From the IMG/VR virus record IMGVR_UViG_3300024255_001563, positions 64,001 through 128,000 of that record: a DNA stretch of 64,000 bases; one strand, given 5' to 3'. Below are positions 20,301 to 28,083 of this stretch, in pieces. The translations under genes were made by a program, and so were the position numbers. This DNA is from a virus (taxonomy: Duplodnaviria; Caudoviricetes). The notes below the pieces were generated by a model, which saw only the letters and a list, made by a program, of their open reading frames with translations, made no database searches and was not told the origin of the DNA. Numbering within the stretch: position 1 is the stretch's first letter; every line of letters starts with the position of its first letter.

Positions 20301-22144
20301 TATACTGTAATTGTATTAGATTCAACATTCACAAAAGTTGTTCCTTCAATTGCAAATTTTCCACCTGCATTTGAAGGTAAACCTAAATTACGTTGTAGTG
20401 TCCCTGTAGCAGTGTCGTAGACATCACCGTTGTTATCTCCTACAACAATATAATCATCACTAATAACAAATTTTGTTACTCCTAGTTCTAATGAATAAGA
20501 ATAACTTAGTTGTCCATTAGCATAACTGTCTAGTGTGTATACATTTATTGTGTCTTGTACAACAGCACTGGTATTGTATGCACTAGTAAGTGCTGCATAA
20601 TTGGTTGTGATCAACGATTCACCTTGTCCTAATTCTAGATCAGATCCAGATATACCAGACATGCCTGTAGGGGTAGGCACAGAACGTCGGCCAAAGCCTA
20701 AAGTAACTGTTTCTACTTGATTATCTTCGCCTATGACAAAAGTATTATGCGCAGGAAATCCATTACTTACAAAACTGCCTGCATCACCATAATTACCGCC
20801 AAACGAACCTATGCTTAAATCTTCTGAACCTTCTTCGCCAGTTTCTTTGTTAACCCATTTTAAATATGATCTAGCTGGAAAACCACTATATTCTCTAAAC
20901 CAGCCTATTGCCCAGTAATCTCTTGTATTAAGACCGTAATAACCTCTGTTTGATTGTTTGTTACCACTGGGACCAAACCATGTAACATCTTTTTGATCAG
21001 GATATAAAACTTTTTCAACATAACCTTCTGCTGTAATTACGCTTACATTTCTAACATATGGAGAGCGTGTGCTTAACACAGCATCTGTTGCAAAACTAAA
21101 TGCAGAACCTGGACTGTAAAAATCTTTTACAGTTAGATCTTCAACTGTTGAATTATCATTTAATTTAAACACATCTTCAAATTCATAACCAGCAGCAGGT
21201 TTTATAATTGTGTTTCTAATTTCTTCACCTTTAACTGTAACATTATCAGGAACTATCAAAGGTAGTTCTTCTTCATATTCACCTGCAAATATATGTACTG
21301 TTACAGTTCCTTCGCCGCTTGCATCAGCTGCTTCTAATGCACGTCTTACTGTTCTAAATGGCCCTTGTACATGATCGCCTACATTTGTATCGTCGCCGTT
21401 TTGCGAAACATAAAACATATTTCCAACTCTAGAATTGATAGTAACAAATCCTGAAATAACTTCGCCTGTTTCTACTGCTGCACCGTTTAGTAAATTTGAA
21501 TGTATTTCGCCAAATCTTCTATCACTACTACCTAAGTTGTATGTATCTGTAATGTCTGGAATAATATTACTTTGTACTTGCGTATCAAAACTAATTTCAT
21601 CAGGAGTCTCAGGACCAGTCCCAAATATTAAATCTCCGCCCATTGAAATGTTGCCTGTAGCATTCATACTACCGTATATGTCAACATTATTTAAAAATTC
21701 AACTGTGCCTGTTCCGCTTGGAATTAAATCTAAATTAGCATCACTATTATAAGTTGTAATTTTTTCATTATCTATGAGTATGTCAGAAGTTGCTAATGCA
21801 CTCAACTGTATATTAGGATCTGCTCCATCAACAGGAGTTGCTGTAAGATACAGTATGTCTGTGTCTACACCAACTGTATTATTTTGTGCTGTAAATAATG
21901 GAAAAACTTCCATAATATCTGCATTTAAATTTTCTGATCTAAATTTTGTCTTTACAGTTAAATCTTTACTAGGATTTTCTAAGTCTATACCTATTCGCCC
22001 AGTAACTGGATCAAGATGTAACAACGCAGTGTTAGATGCAGTGTTTTTAAAATTTAAATTTGGCTTGCCGGCGCCGCCTTGATATAACTCAAGATTGTCT
22101 TGTAATACGCCGCCGCCTATACGTCCAGTTTGTGGTTCAGGCAT
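17306..22144 (-). CDS. Tail-fibre-like virion protein (1612 aa), paralog of 13461..17186
   Basis: Shared GRI.G..L..NL start, FYVSQNGDD, SMLFHSATFITPGV and GVRVEWLNSFTYFADKG blocks; carries different inserted domains. Confidence 0.8.
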   Translation of the reverse strand: MPEPQTGRIGGGVLQDNLELYQGGAGKPNLNFKNTASNTALLHLDPVTGRIGIDLENPSKDLTVKTKFRSENLNADIMEVFPLFTAQNNTVGVDTDILYLTATPVDGADPNIQLSALATSDILIDNEKITTYNSDANLDLIPSGTGTVEFLNNVDIYGSMNATGNISMGGDLIFGTGPETPDEISFDTQVQSNIIPDITDTYNLGSSDRRFGEIHSNLLNGAAVETGEVISGFVTINSRVGNMFYVSQNGDDTNVGDHVQGPFRTVRRALEAADASGEGTVTVHIFAGEYEEELPLIVPDNVTVKGEEIRNTIIKPAAGYEFEDVFKLNDNSTVEDLTVKDFYSPGSAFSFATDAVLSTRSPYVRNVSVITAEGYVEKVLYPDQKDVTWFGPSGNKQSNRGYYGLNTRDYWAIGWFREYSGFPARSYLKWVNKETGEEGSEDLSIGSFGGNYGDAGSFVSNGFPAHNTFVIGEDNQVETVTLGFGRRSVPTPTGMSGISGSDLELGQGESLITTNYAALTSAYNTSAVVQDTINVYTLDSYANGQLSYSYSLELGVTKFVISDDYIVVGDNNGDVYDTATGTLQRNLGLPSNAGGKFAIEGTTFVNVESNTITVYDLNTGSVTGTKTGVPTPNNVSGNTIVDNYLFYRPATDFLYRYDLRNLTKDADIYPFRSSNFETDGITLATAYSYELKIAAFKSGSGATVDGGVIDSSSPTASMLFHSATFITPGVTGLYMTNGVRVEWLNSFTYFADKGLFAERGTTGHLSTDGSTIEYGAELRSIGSANVYGYYGAYADGADTIMYLINHNFAYIGTQNKIDNDPNDVIEEQQWNDLNGGKIYVTNTDEKGKFKVGNEFFVDLESGLLSIDAEDVTLDGLSQIIISNGTDQTTLNTSFVETGNIRFEGETMYSLISDLNIDSATNTTNFNSNVLFDKNTDIVGDLSISGELIRLGNDPDDTVDLNVNIEQDFYPDQDRTHSLGSNSKVWNDVYADNIVIDDIQIFDTTITTTVSDANLNLQSNGAGYVEIEGIRFRENTITTTDATNIEFTTSNNLIVEGEGLRLPVGTNDEIIEDVGILRFSSEDNVFEGFGDGRISFDGIYSDDRRTSIIANDTNNYIDININAIKVGEINNEGITLPGLQSDSVLINNNEITSSESDADLWIRRKGTGTVTLNNQEYFRNTTWTNPSAGAFEIISGENGYVKAGGTLAAIIGLAGTVITDNVNTLSTETDISASSLWESDNGVRIAQATTTATGNGTTTVTNTQIVGSTSTGSQNYFIDFGIDDISDVIDIELSQIRFRGNFQDTNEYVDITLPSDDTATTYLTRIGVFEDNGNTTDWTISGVFGDVPQDTRTYSNTGTEASIFPTQVVIGGSGNYGINVEVTVPSSLNTLVSGMTNNWELEIQYKITTNTNQFVEYAPDGNNYYYIFDEDTSILPNTTRYAVTDSLDLSNFTSARFKGKLILGDGSNGSRLYEGDDINFEFSYDGSDDAGMVTITPIMEIENRSEFVIWKDFEITFNIEDSTVDFSNIKFRISQNGTNEKGLNAFAVTDLVLAVSEDSGPGPEIGAFRYNPSIKGVEVWNNVSWIPGTGIEEDPVTEDYMREEVSLWSILLG

Positions 22145-22165
22145 TTTTTACTCCTTTGACATATG

Positions 22166-22173
22166 TATTTATT
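22166..22173 (-). promoter_or_regulatory. T4-like late promoter overlapping upstream stop codon
   Basis: AATAAATA, followed by CATATGTC identical to the 25417 promoter. Confidence 0.7.
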
Positions 22174-22693
22174 TGTCAAAGTTATGTAATACAGTTACAG
22201 GTTTACCTAAAGGTGGTGCAGATCCAAATCTTATATACCATCCTTCTGCTTTACCACTAGGATTTTGTTTTAATGTATAGTTTGTCGTTGGTAACTGATA
22301 AACATTTTCAACAAATACTAATATATTTTGTGCAGCGGCAGGAATAGGATAATCACTATCTTGACTATCAAGAGGACCGAAGTCAACTTCACTTGCATCG
22401 CCTACGCCTAAACTTTGTACTATAATACCTGGATCTTGATTTGGTTCTTTGAACCGTATTTCTCTCCAAGCACCATTTTGATAAGCTTCTAATTGCTCGT
22501 CACCTGTGTTATATCTTACATAACCATTTTCTGGATAGAAAGGTCTTTGAGATTCTTCACCTTTTGGAACTAACAACCCCTTTTTACTATCCATAATAAC
22601 TTGATCGTTTTCATCGTATCTTACGCCCGGACCAGTTATACTTCTTAAATTTGTTGTTTGTCTTTTAATTAATCTCATTATACTTCCAACCAA
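22169..22693 (-). CDS. Virion structural protein (174 aa; true start may be the downstream Met MRLIKRQ)
   Basis: Contains the GYVRYNT....LEAYQNGAW fibre motif also found in the larger fibre genes. Confidence 0.7.
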   Translation of the reverse strand: MVGSIMRLIKRQTTNLRSITGPGVRYDENDQVIMDSKKGLLVPKGEESQRPFYPENGYVRYNTGDEQLEAYQNGAWREIRFKEPNQDPGIIVQSLGVGDASEVDFGPLDSQDSDYPIPAAAQNILVFVENVYQLPTTNYTLKQNPSGKAEGWYIRFGSAPPLGKPVTVLHNFDK

Positions 22694-23067
22694 CTTACTG
22701 TAGCACTTAAATTTGTCGGACTATCTCCAACAATTACAATTCTATCTCCTGATTCTAAAACAATTTTTTCGCTATCGAATGTAAATGTTTCTCCTGAAGG
22801 CATTTGTAGTGAATTTACAACTTTATTAATATCACCTTTAGCTTCGTTACGTTTTACTATGTGCATATCAAAGTTTGTTGTTCCGGCTTCTTCGTGTACA
22901 ATATTCGGTACTTCATTATTACATACTAAAATATTAGTTACTGCATATCTTCTTGCCGGAGGATCTAATGGGTCTAATGGATCCCATGTTCCTATTGCCT
23001 TATAAGGATCTGGAACTTGTACTAAATCTTGATCTGTTGTTGTTATTAATAAATTGCGTATAGGCAT
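22678..23067 (-). CDS. Small virion structural protein (129 aa), paralog family
   Basis: YAVTNILVCN...FDMHIV...GETFTFDSEKIVLESGD...SWLEV, nearly colinear with the next gene. Confidence 0.7.
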   Translation of the reverse strand: MPIRNLLITTTDQDLVQVPDPYKAIGTWDPLDPLDPPARRYAVTNILVCNNEVPNIVHEEAGTTNFDMHIVKRNEAKGDINKVVNSLQMPSGETFTFDSEKIVLESGDRIVIVGDSPTNLSATVSWLEV

Positions 23068-23427
23068 TTATATCTCCAAATAACTTATTACAACTGCTAA
23101 AGTTGTGTTGCCAGGATTAGTAATATCATCCGGTGTTCCTATTCCTACAATAGAATCACTACTTTCAATAATTATTTTTTCACTATCAAACGTAAAAGTT
23201 TCGCCTGCACGTAAACTCATTTGATTTATAATTCTGTTAATATCACCTCTAGACTGACCATTAGGTATTAAGTGCAAATCAAAAGTTGCTAAACCTTCTT
23301 GATCGTCTGACGGATTAGGAACATATGTATTACATACAATTATTGTTGTAATTGCATATTGCTTTGCAGCTGGCACTGTAAGCAACGCTGTTTCTGTTAT
23401 TCCTATAAATTTGTGTTCTATAGCCAT
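23068..23427 (-). CDS. Small virion structural protein (119 aa), tandem paralog of 22678..23067
   Basis: YAITTIIVCN...FDLHLI...GETFTFDSEKIIIESSD...SYLEI. Confidence 0.7.
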   Translation of the reverse strand: MAIEHKFIGITETALLTVPAAKQYAITTIIVCNTYVPNPSDDQEGLATFDLHLIPNGQSRGDINRIINQMSLRAGETFTFDSEKIIIESSDSIVGIGTPDDITNPGNTTLAVVISYLEI

Positions 23428-23435
23428 AAAAATTC

Positions 23436-24485
23436 CTAAAATATCATACTGTAAATCATTGATTTATTGTTACTTACTATTTCGTCACGTCTATCAAAAC
23501 TATTTACAAAATATAATCCAGTGTCGCCAAATTGTGGAACGTTTGTATATAACTTTAATCCTGCAGAACTATCATCCGGAGCACTCGGTTCTAATAATCC
23601 ATCGTCGTCGCCCGGTGTTGCATTTATTTGTAATACATCGTTAATTCTTACTGTACCTGTTCCAGGCGCTGAAAGAGTAAGATCGCTATTACTAACAGTT
23701 GATTCTATTTTAGTATCTAAAATTCGTATTCCTTGAATTTCAGCTCTATTTTCATAAAATTCACTTACAACAACATCGTCAATACCTATTTGTACAACAC
23801 TCGGATTTCCAGTATCTTCTCTGTCAATAGTTTCAACAAATGTTTTTGTTATTGTACCTTCTTCAATTCTATCTTGGAACACCCCTGCAAAATAAGAATT
23901 AACATAATCAACAATTGATTTAGTATTCGGTATGTTATCTGGATCGATAACACCATCAGAATTAGAACCACCTGTTAAATCAACTGTACCTGTTGCGATA
24001 TCACTATATGTAAAAACATTATTTTCATAATCAGTAGTACCTGTGACAGTAATTACACCAGTACCGTTGCTTATTAAATATAAGTCACTTCCGCCTGTAT
24101 TAATATGATTTGTTTGTAGTCCTTTAAGTGTTCCACTACCTCCGTCGGCAATATAAAGCCTAAATGCACCATCAGTTCCTCCTGGAACTACATTTGCAAT
24201 ATTTTCATCAAATACAAAAAATGTATCTGCATTTGTTCCTCTATCTATTCTAATACCTGCAGAATCAAGTGTAATACCTGCGCCAGTCTCTCCGCTGTTT
24301 ACAATAATTATATTGTCTTTTACAGTCATATTTTCAGACTGTACAGTAGTTGCGTTACCTTGTACAATAAGGTCGCCTGTTACTCTTACAACACCATTTT
24401 CATTACCAGTGTTTAATACAATAACACCACCTTCTTGTGTTTCTATAGTATAGTCACCATATGGTATTTTTAGAAATTTTGACAT
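23436..24485 (-). CDS. Virion structural protein (349 aa)
   Basis: GDLIVQGNATTVQSENMTVKDNII fibre-shaft-like motif; start overlaps the upstream stop (TAATG coupling). Confidence 0.7.
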   Translation of the reverse strand: MSKFLKIPYGDYTIETQEGGVIVLNTGNENGVVRVTGDLIVQGNATTVQSENMTVKDNIIIVNSGETGAGITLDSAGIRIDRGTNADTFFVFDENIANVVPGGTDGAFRLYIADGGSGTLKGLQTNHINTGGSDLYLISNGTGVITVTGTTDYENNVFTYSDIATGTVDLTGGSNSDGVIDPDNIPNTKSIVDYVNSYFAGVFQDRIEEGTITKTFVETIDREDTGNPSVVQIGIDDVVVSEFYENRAEIQGIRILDTKIESTVSNSDLTLSAPGTGTVRINDVLQINATPGDDDGLLEPSAPDDSSAGLKLYTNVPQFGDTGLYFVNSFDRRDEIVSNNKSMIYSMIF

Positions 24486-24847
24486 TATATTGTCCTAAGT
24501 AAAATAATATTTTCAGTTGAATCGTGTTCTAGATCCCACTTATAATTGATATTCTTAAAATCAATCATTGTATCATTCATAATTTTTTTTATAAAAACAA
24601 AGCTACATATTTTTAAACAAAGTGCCCTTATCGACATTTCATTTTCTTTTAATTCTTCAGTTGTTTTTTCGACCAACCTACATATACCAATGTTTCCATT
24701 ATCGTCTGCAACCTCAAATGTATTTTCAGAAAGTTGTGCTAAGACTTCACCGTGTGGTGTTGCCTTAGCACTTCCAATCTTTACTGAAACTACTAAGTTT
24801 TTTAGATTTTCTAAGAAATCCCAAAAAACATTTATCGGTCGTCCCAT
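24485..24847 (-). CDS. Hypothetical protein, divergent paralog of 24859..25320
   Basis: MGRPIN vs MGRPLN start and similar spacing of beta-strand motifs. Confidence 0.55.
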   Translation of the reverse strand: MGRPINVFWDFLENLKNLVVSVKIGSAKATPHGEVLAQLSENTFEVADDNGNIGICRLVEKTTEELKENEMSIRALCLKICSFVFIKKIMNDTMIDFKNINYKWDLEHDSTENIILLRTI

Positions 24848-24858
24848 TAAGTTAGTCC

Positions 24859-25320
24859 TTATGCGTCTTCTGTGAAATCGTCGTCATCGGTTCCAACTAA
24901 TGTGTTGTCGTCGCCAGCTTCTTCAACTTGTGCTGCACCGTCTGCTACAGATGTACTAAAGTTCCATGCTACACTTACACCATCATAAGCATTACTACCT
25001 GTTGCACTTGGTGCTGACAATGTAGCTTTACGTCCAGAAATTTTACTTACTGTGTATGTTTCTGCATCGTCCATTTTGAATGAAATAGCCATTTCGCCTT
25101 CTGCTAATGCTGCTGGTAGTTTACCAGTTGTTAGCGTACAAGTAAATAAGCCTGGTGTTTCAATTTCTTCACATACAAATTTCTTTGATGCTTTTTGCTT
25201 TACAATGTAACCTTCTTTAACTGCTGTGCCGTTATGAAAATTTACTTTAATTTCGTTGCCGCCTGCTGTAGGTCCTACGCCTGCTACACCGAATAATCGT
25301 TTGTTTAGTGGTCTTCCCAT
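24859..25320 (-). CDS. Putative virion (possibly head-associated) protein, 153 aa
   Basis: Strong SD AGGAG, own late promoter, capsid-like codon usage, first structural gene after the capsid gene. Confidence 0.65.
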   Translation of the reverse strand: MGRPLNKRLFGVAGVGPTAGGNEIKVNFHNGTAVKEGYIVKQKASKKFVCEEIETPGLFTCTLTTGKLPAALAEGEMAISFKMDDAETYTVSKISGRKATLSAPSATGSNAYDGVSVAWNFSTSVADGAAQVEEAGDDNTLVGTDDDDFTEDA

Positions 25321-25416
25321 TTTTTTTCTCCTATAAAAAGTAGTCCTATGCCCGTTCTATGAGCTACGCTGCGGGTACAGCATAAGTCCGCCTTGCGGCA
25401 CACTATCTGACATATG

Positions 25417-25424
25417 TATTTATC
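25417..25424 (-). promoter_or_regulatory. T4-like late promoter followed by ~90 nt structured leader
   Basis: GATAAATA just downstream of the 25432-25465 terminator. Confidence 0.75.
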
Positions 25425-25431
25425 AAATAAG

Positions 25432-25465
25432 AAAAAAGCCCGACACAGTTAAGTATCGAGCTTTT
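25432..25465 (-). terminator. Intrinsic terminator
   Basis: Minus strand reads AAAAGCUCGAUAC-UUAACU-GUGUCGGGCUUUUUU; the G-U pairs form only on the minus strand. Confidence 0.8.
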
Positions 25466-25678
25466 AATAATAAGGGTGATAGGTTGGACTTTGAGAATAC
25501 CAACAACCTCCTAGTAGCTCTCGCTAAATTCGGAGGAGCCTAGCATCGGATAGTTACTTCCAAAAACATATCTTTGTATCTCTACAATCATATGCTGCCA
25601 CTACAGCTACTAGCCAAGTTGTGTCACTACGCAACACCGTTCCTTGCACTATCTAACTTAGACCGTCGCCTAACTTAT
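25432..25678 (-). ncRNA. Candidate ~245 nt structured non-coding RNA with own sigma70 promoter and terminator
   Basis: Promoter at 25685-25712, terminator at 25432-25465, a 9-bp long-range inverted repeat CUAGUAGCU/AGCUACUAG and several hairpins; no ORF with a good SD. Confidence 0.55.
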
Positions 25679-25684
25679 GTAACT

Positions 25685-25712
25685 AATATAACATCATTAC
25701 AAACAATGTCAA
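25685..25712 (-). promoter_or_regulatory. Sigma70-type early promoter
   Basis: TTGACA-N16-TATATT with an extended -10 TG and an A/T-tract UP-like element upstream. Confidence 0.7.
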
Positions 25713-25734
25713 CCACTTTTTTTAAAAAAGTCAT

Positions 25735-25761
25735 AAAAAAAGGCCCCGTAGGGCCTTTTTT
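25735..25761 (-). terminator. Intrinsic terminator after major capsid gene (potentially bidirectional)
   Basis: Plus strand AAAAAAAGGCCCCGTAGGGCCTTTTTT: GC stem flanked by A and T tracts, about 20 nt past the gp23 stop. Confidence 0.9.
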
Positions 25762-25780
25762 CGTTATTATAAAAATAATA

Positions 25781-26959
25781 TTAGCTAAAGCTTACATTAC
25801 CATTAGTAATTGCAACGTTAGCTAAGTAATCAGCTGCGTTACCAAGCGATGATGCTGTGTTGTTTAACTCAACATATCCGTAACGTGTCATGAATGACAC
25901 TGTTGGTTCGAATGATGTTGGGTCAAGCACAACGCCTGAGCTCATTAGTGGGATGTATGGGCAATAGAATGCTGCTGCATCTGATTCACTTGAACCTTTG
26001 TAGCCAACTAGTACTGCTGTACCGTCACCTGCATATGTGTCTACATAGACACGCATTGCGTTATTTAATGTACCAACCATTTTAGTGTTAGTTGGTGCTT
26101 CAAATGTACCCTCTGTTGTACGTGCAAATGCGCTTGTAGTAGCACTTTGTAGAATTGTTAGCGCAAATGGGCTAACGACTGCAAAGTTACCTGCGCCTCT
26201 GCGTGTACGCTGAGCGATTAGGTTTGATGCACGGTTGATTTGTACTGCAAGTGCTGCATGCTCGTCACCAACAAATGTTGCTGTACCAGACACGCCCGCT
26301 TGGTCGTATGTTTCAACTGCTGCACCACTTAGTGTGCGTAAAGAAGCTAATACTTCTTGATCGATTTCAGCAGTAATCTCTTGTGCTAGAGCAGCCATAA
26401 TTTCTGCTTCAACATCAATACCATGTTGGGACTGAGCATCTTGAGCTGATTCAAACGTCCAACGAGCACTCAACTTACGAGTTTTCGCTTCAACAGTTTG
26501 CTTCAAGATCTGAATGCTTAGTTGATTACCAGCTGCACCTTCAAGAGCTGCTGTACTGTTTGCTGCACCAGGGTTTGCTTCATCACCTGAATATGATGTT
26601 GCAATTTTGAATGGGCTTAGAGCCTCTTCACCTGCTGTTGCACCGTTGGCGCCCGCATTCACAGTGTCGCTATAACGAACACGTAGAGTGTGGATTTGAC
26701 CAACTGGACCAGTCATAGGCTGAACACCTACGATTTCATTAGCAATGACTGTTGGCATTACACGTCTGATCACTGGTAGGATCACACGATTTAGAGTTGC
26801 TACGTTACCGGCAGAAGTAGCGCCTGCAGTGGCTGTCTCTGACAAATACTTACGTGTATTTTCCAAAGTTGCGGCCATTACAGATTTCTTGTTGCCATTT
26901 AGGCCTTCAAGAAGTGCTGTCTTCGTATCCTGCCAGCGACTTTCTAGTAGTTCTGACAT
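25781..26959 (-). CDS. gp23: Major capsid protein, T4 gp23-like
   Basis: ILPVIRRVMPTVIANEIVGVQPMTGPVGQI, KTRKLSARWTFESAQD, FYCPYIPL, FMTRYG: hallmark gp23 motifs. Confidence 0.97.
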   Translation of the reverse strand: MSELLESRWQDTKTALLEGLNGNKKSVMAATLENTRKYLSETATAGATSAGNVATLNRVILPVIRRVMPTVIANEIVGVQPMTGPVGQIHTLRVRYSDTVNAGANGATAGEEALSPFKIATSYSGDEANPGAANSTAALEGAAGNQLSIQILKQTVEAKTRKLSARWTFESAQDAQSQHGIDVEAEIMAALAQEITAEIDQEVLASLRTLSGAAVETYDQAGVSGTATFVGDEHAALAVQINRASNLIAQRTRRGAGNFAVVSPFALTILQSATTSAFARTTEGTFEAPTNTKMVGTLNNAMRVYVDTYAGDGTAVLVGYKGSSESDAAAFYCPYIPLMSSGVVLDPTSFEPTVSFMTRYGYVELNNTASSLGNAADYLANVAITNGNVSFS

Positions 26960-26969
26960 TTCAATCTCC

Positions 26970-28070
26970 TTAATTCAATCCAGCAAGACGACGAATGTCT
27001 AATACATTACTATCATCTTCTGTACTACTGTTTGTTTGCGAAACCATTTCGCGGTTGCCTGTTACTTTTGTGCCTTCTGTAATTACTGCCTTACGCTTTG
27101 CTGGAGAATTTCCGTCAATAACTGATGGTAAGTACTTGTCAAAAGATTTTTGAAGTCTTTCGGTTTGTACTGATTCCAGTAAGTCTGTCATAATTTCTTT
27201 TTGATCCTTTGATAAAGGAGCAATTAAGTCATTAATTGTCTTCTCACGTTTTGCTGATTCAATTAAGCGTGATTTCTCTTTGTTAACTGATTCTGCGAGA
27301 GTTTTTGCTTTCGTAGCAAATGCCTTAGCTTCTGACAGTTGTCGATCTTTAACATCAATAACTTTTAGAAGTTTAGTTGTTTCTGATTTTTCATTTAAGT
27401 GAGAAACCATATATTCATTTGCAAATGCTTCAAAAATCTTACGACCGAAGTCGTTGCTACGTGCTGCATCGATATCTTCTTTCAGTGCTGAAATCTCTTT
27501 TTTGAGACCTTTTGCAACTGTTTCTGATACTGCTGTAGCACTTCTTTCGATAAAGTCTTTTTTGACTTTAGCAAAGTGCGTTTTAGCTTCACGTACTAAA
27601 CGTACTTTTGTTTCAGCTAAATCTTTTTTATCCTCATGGAACTCTGCTATCTCTGTAGATAGAGCTTCTACAACAAACTCTTCTAGCTTGGCATATGATT
27701 CTGCCATTGCTTTCTTGTCTGCTCGTAGTTCTTGAATTTCTTTTTGTAGCTGTTCAGCTACAAACCCTTTTAGTAGATTTGCATTTTCACGTTGTGCAAC
27801 GGCAAACTTAGCTTTTGCTTCAGCTAGCTGCGCACGATCTTGTGTAAATTCTGCAATTTCTTCTGTTAGGCGCTCAGAAAGCATGGCATCAATGGCTTCA
27901 ACCATTGTTGCTTTATCATGCTCGTATTTACTAGCAAATTCTTCACGTAACTCAGCAGTTGCCTGCATTTTGTTTTCGTGAATCTTGCCTTTCCAAGCTT
28001 CTTCAATCTGTGCTCTGATCTCGTCCGATACAACATCGTTTTCAAAGAGTGTTTTCAGTGCATCTATCAT
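26970..28070 (-). CDS. gp22: Prohead core scaffold protein, gp22-like
   Basis: Coiled-coil, Glu/Lys/Ala-rich, IEEAW motif, located between protease and capsid genes. Confidence 0.85.
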   Translation of the reverse strand: MIDALKTLFENDVVSDEIRAQIEEAWKGKIHENKMQATAELREEFASKYEHDKATMVEAIDAMLSERLTEEIAEFTQDRAQLAEAKAKFAVAQRENANLLKGFVAEQLQKEIQELRADKKAMAESYAKLEEFVVEALSTEIAEFHEDKKDLAETKVRLVREAKTHFAKVKKDFIERSATAVSETVAKGLKKEISALKEDIDAARSNDFGRKIFEAFANEYMVSHLNEKSETTKLLKVIDVKDRQLSEAKAFATKAKTLAESVNKEKSRLIESAKREKTINDLIAPLSKDQKEIMTDLLESVQTERLQKSFDKYLPSVIDGNSPAKRKAVITEGTKVTGNREMVSQTNSSTEDDSNVLDIRRLAGLN

Positions 28071-28083
28071 TACTTTCTCCTGT

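Noticed and set aside
99-22144. Diversity-generating retroelement acting on fibre genes
   Set aside because: No reverse transcriptase in the window, and no near-identical template/variable repeat pair differing at adenines was seen. The paralogy is old and mostly at protein level.
25432-25680. tRNA, tmRNA, SRP or RNase P RNA
   Set aside because: No T-loop/CCA end, tag peptide, SRP GGAA/AGCA loop or RNase P conserved regions.
25574-25825. 83-aa plus-strand ORF
   Set aside because: No SD, runs through a terminator and overlaps the gp23 end; it is antisense to the promoter-terminator unit.
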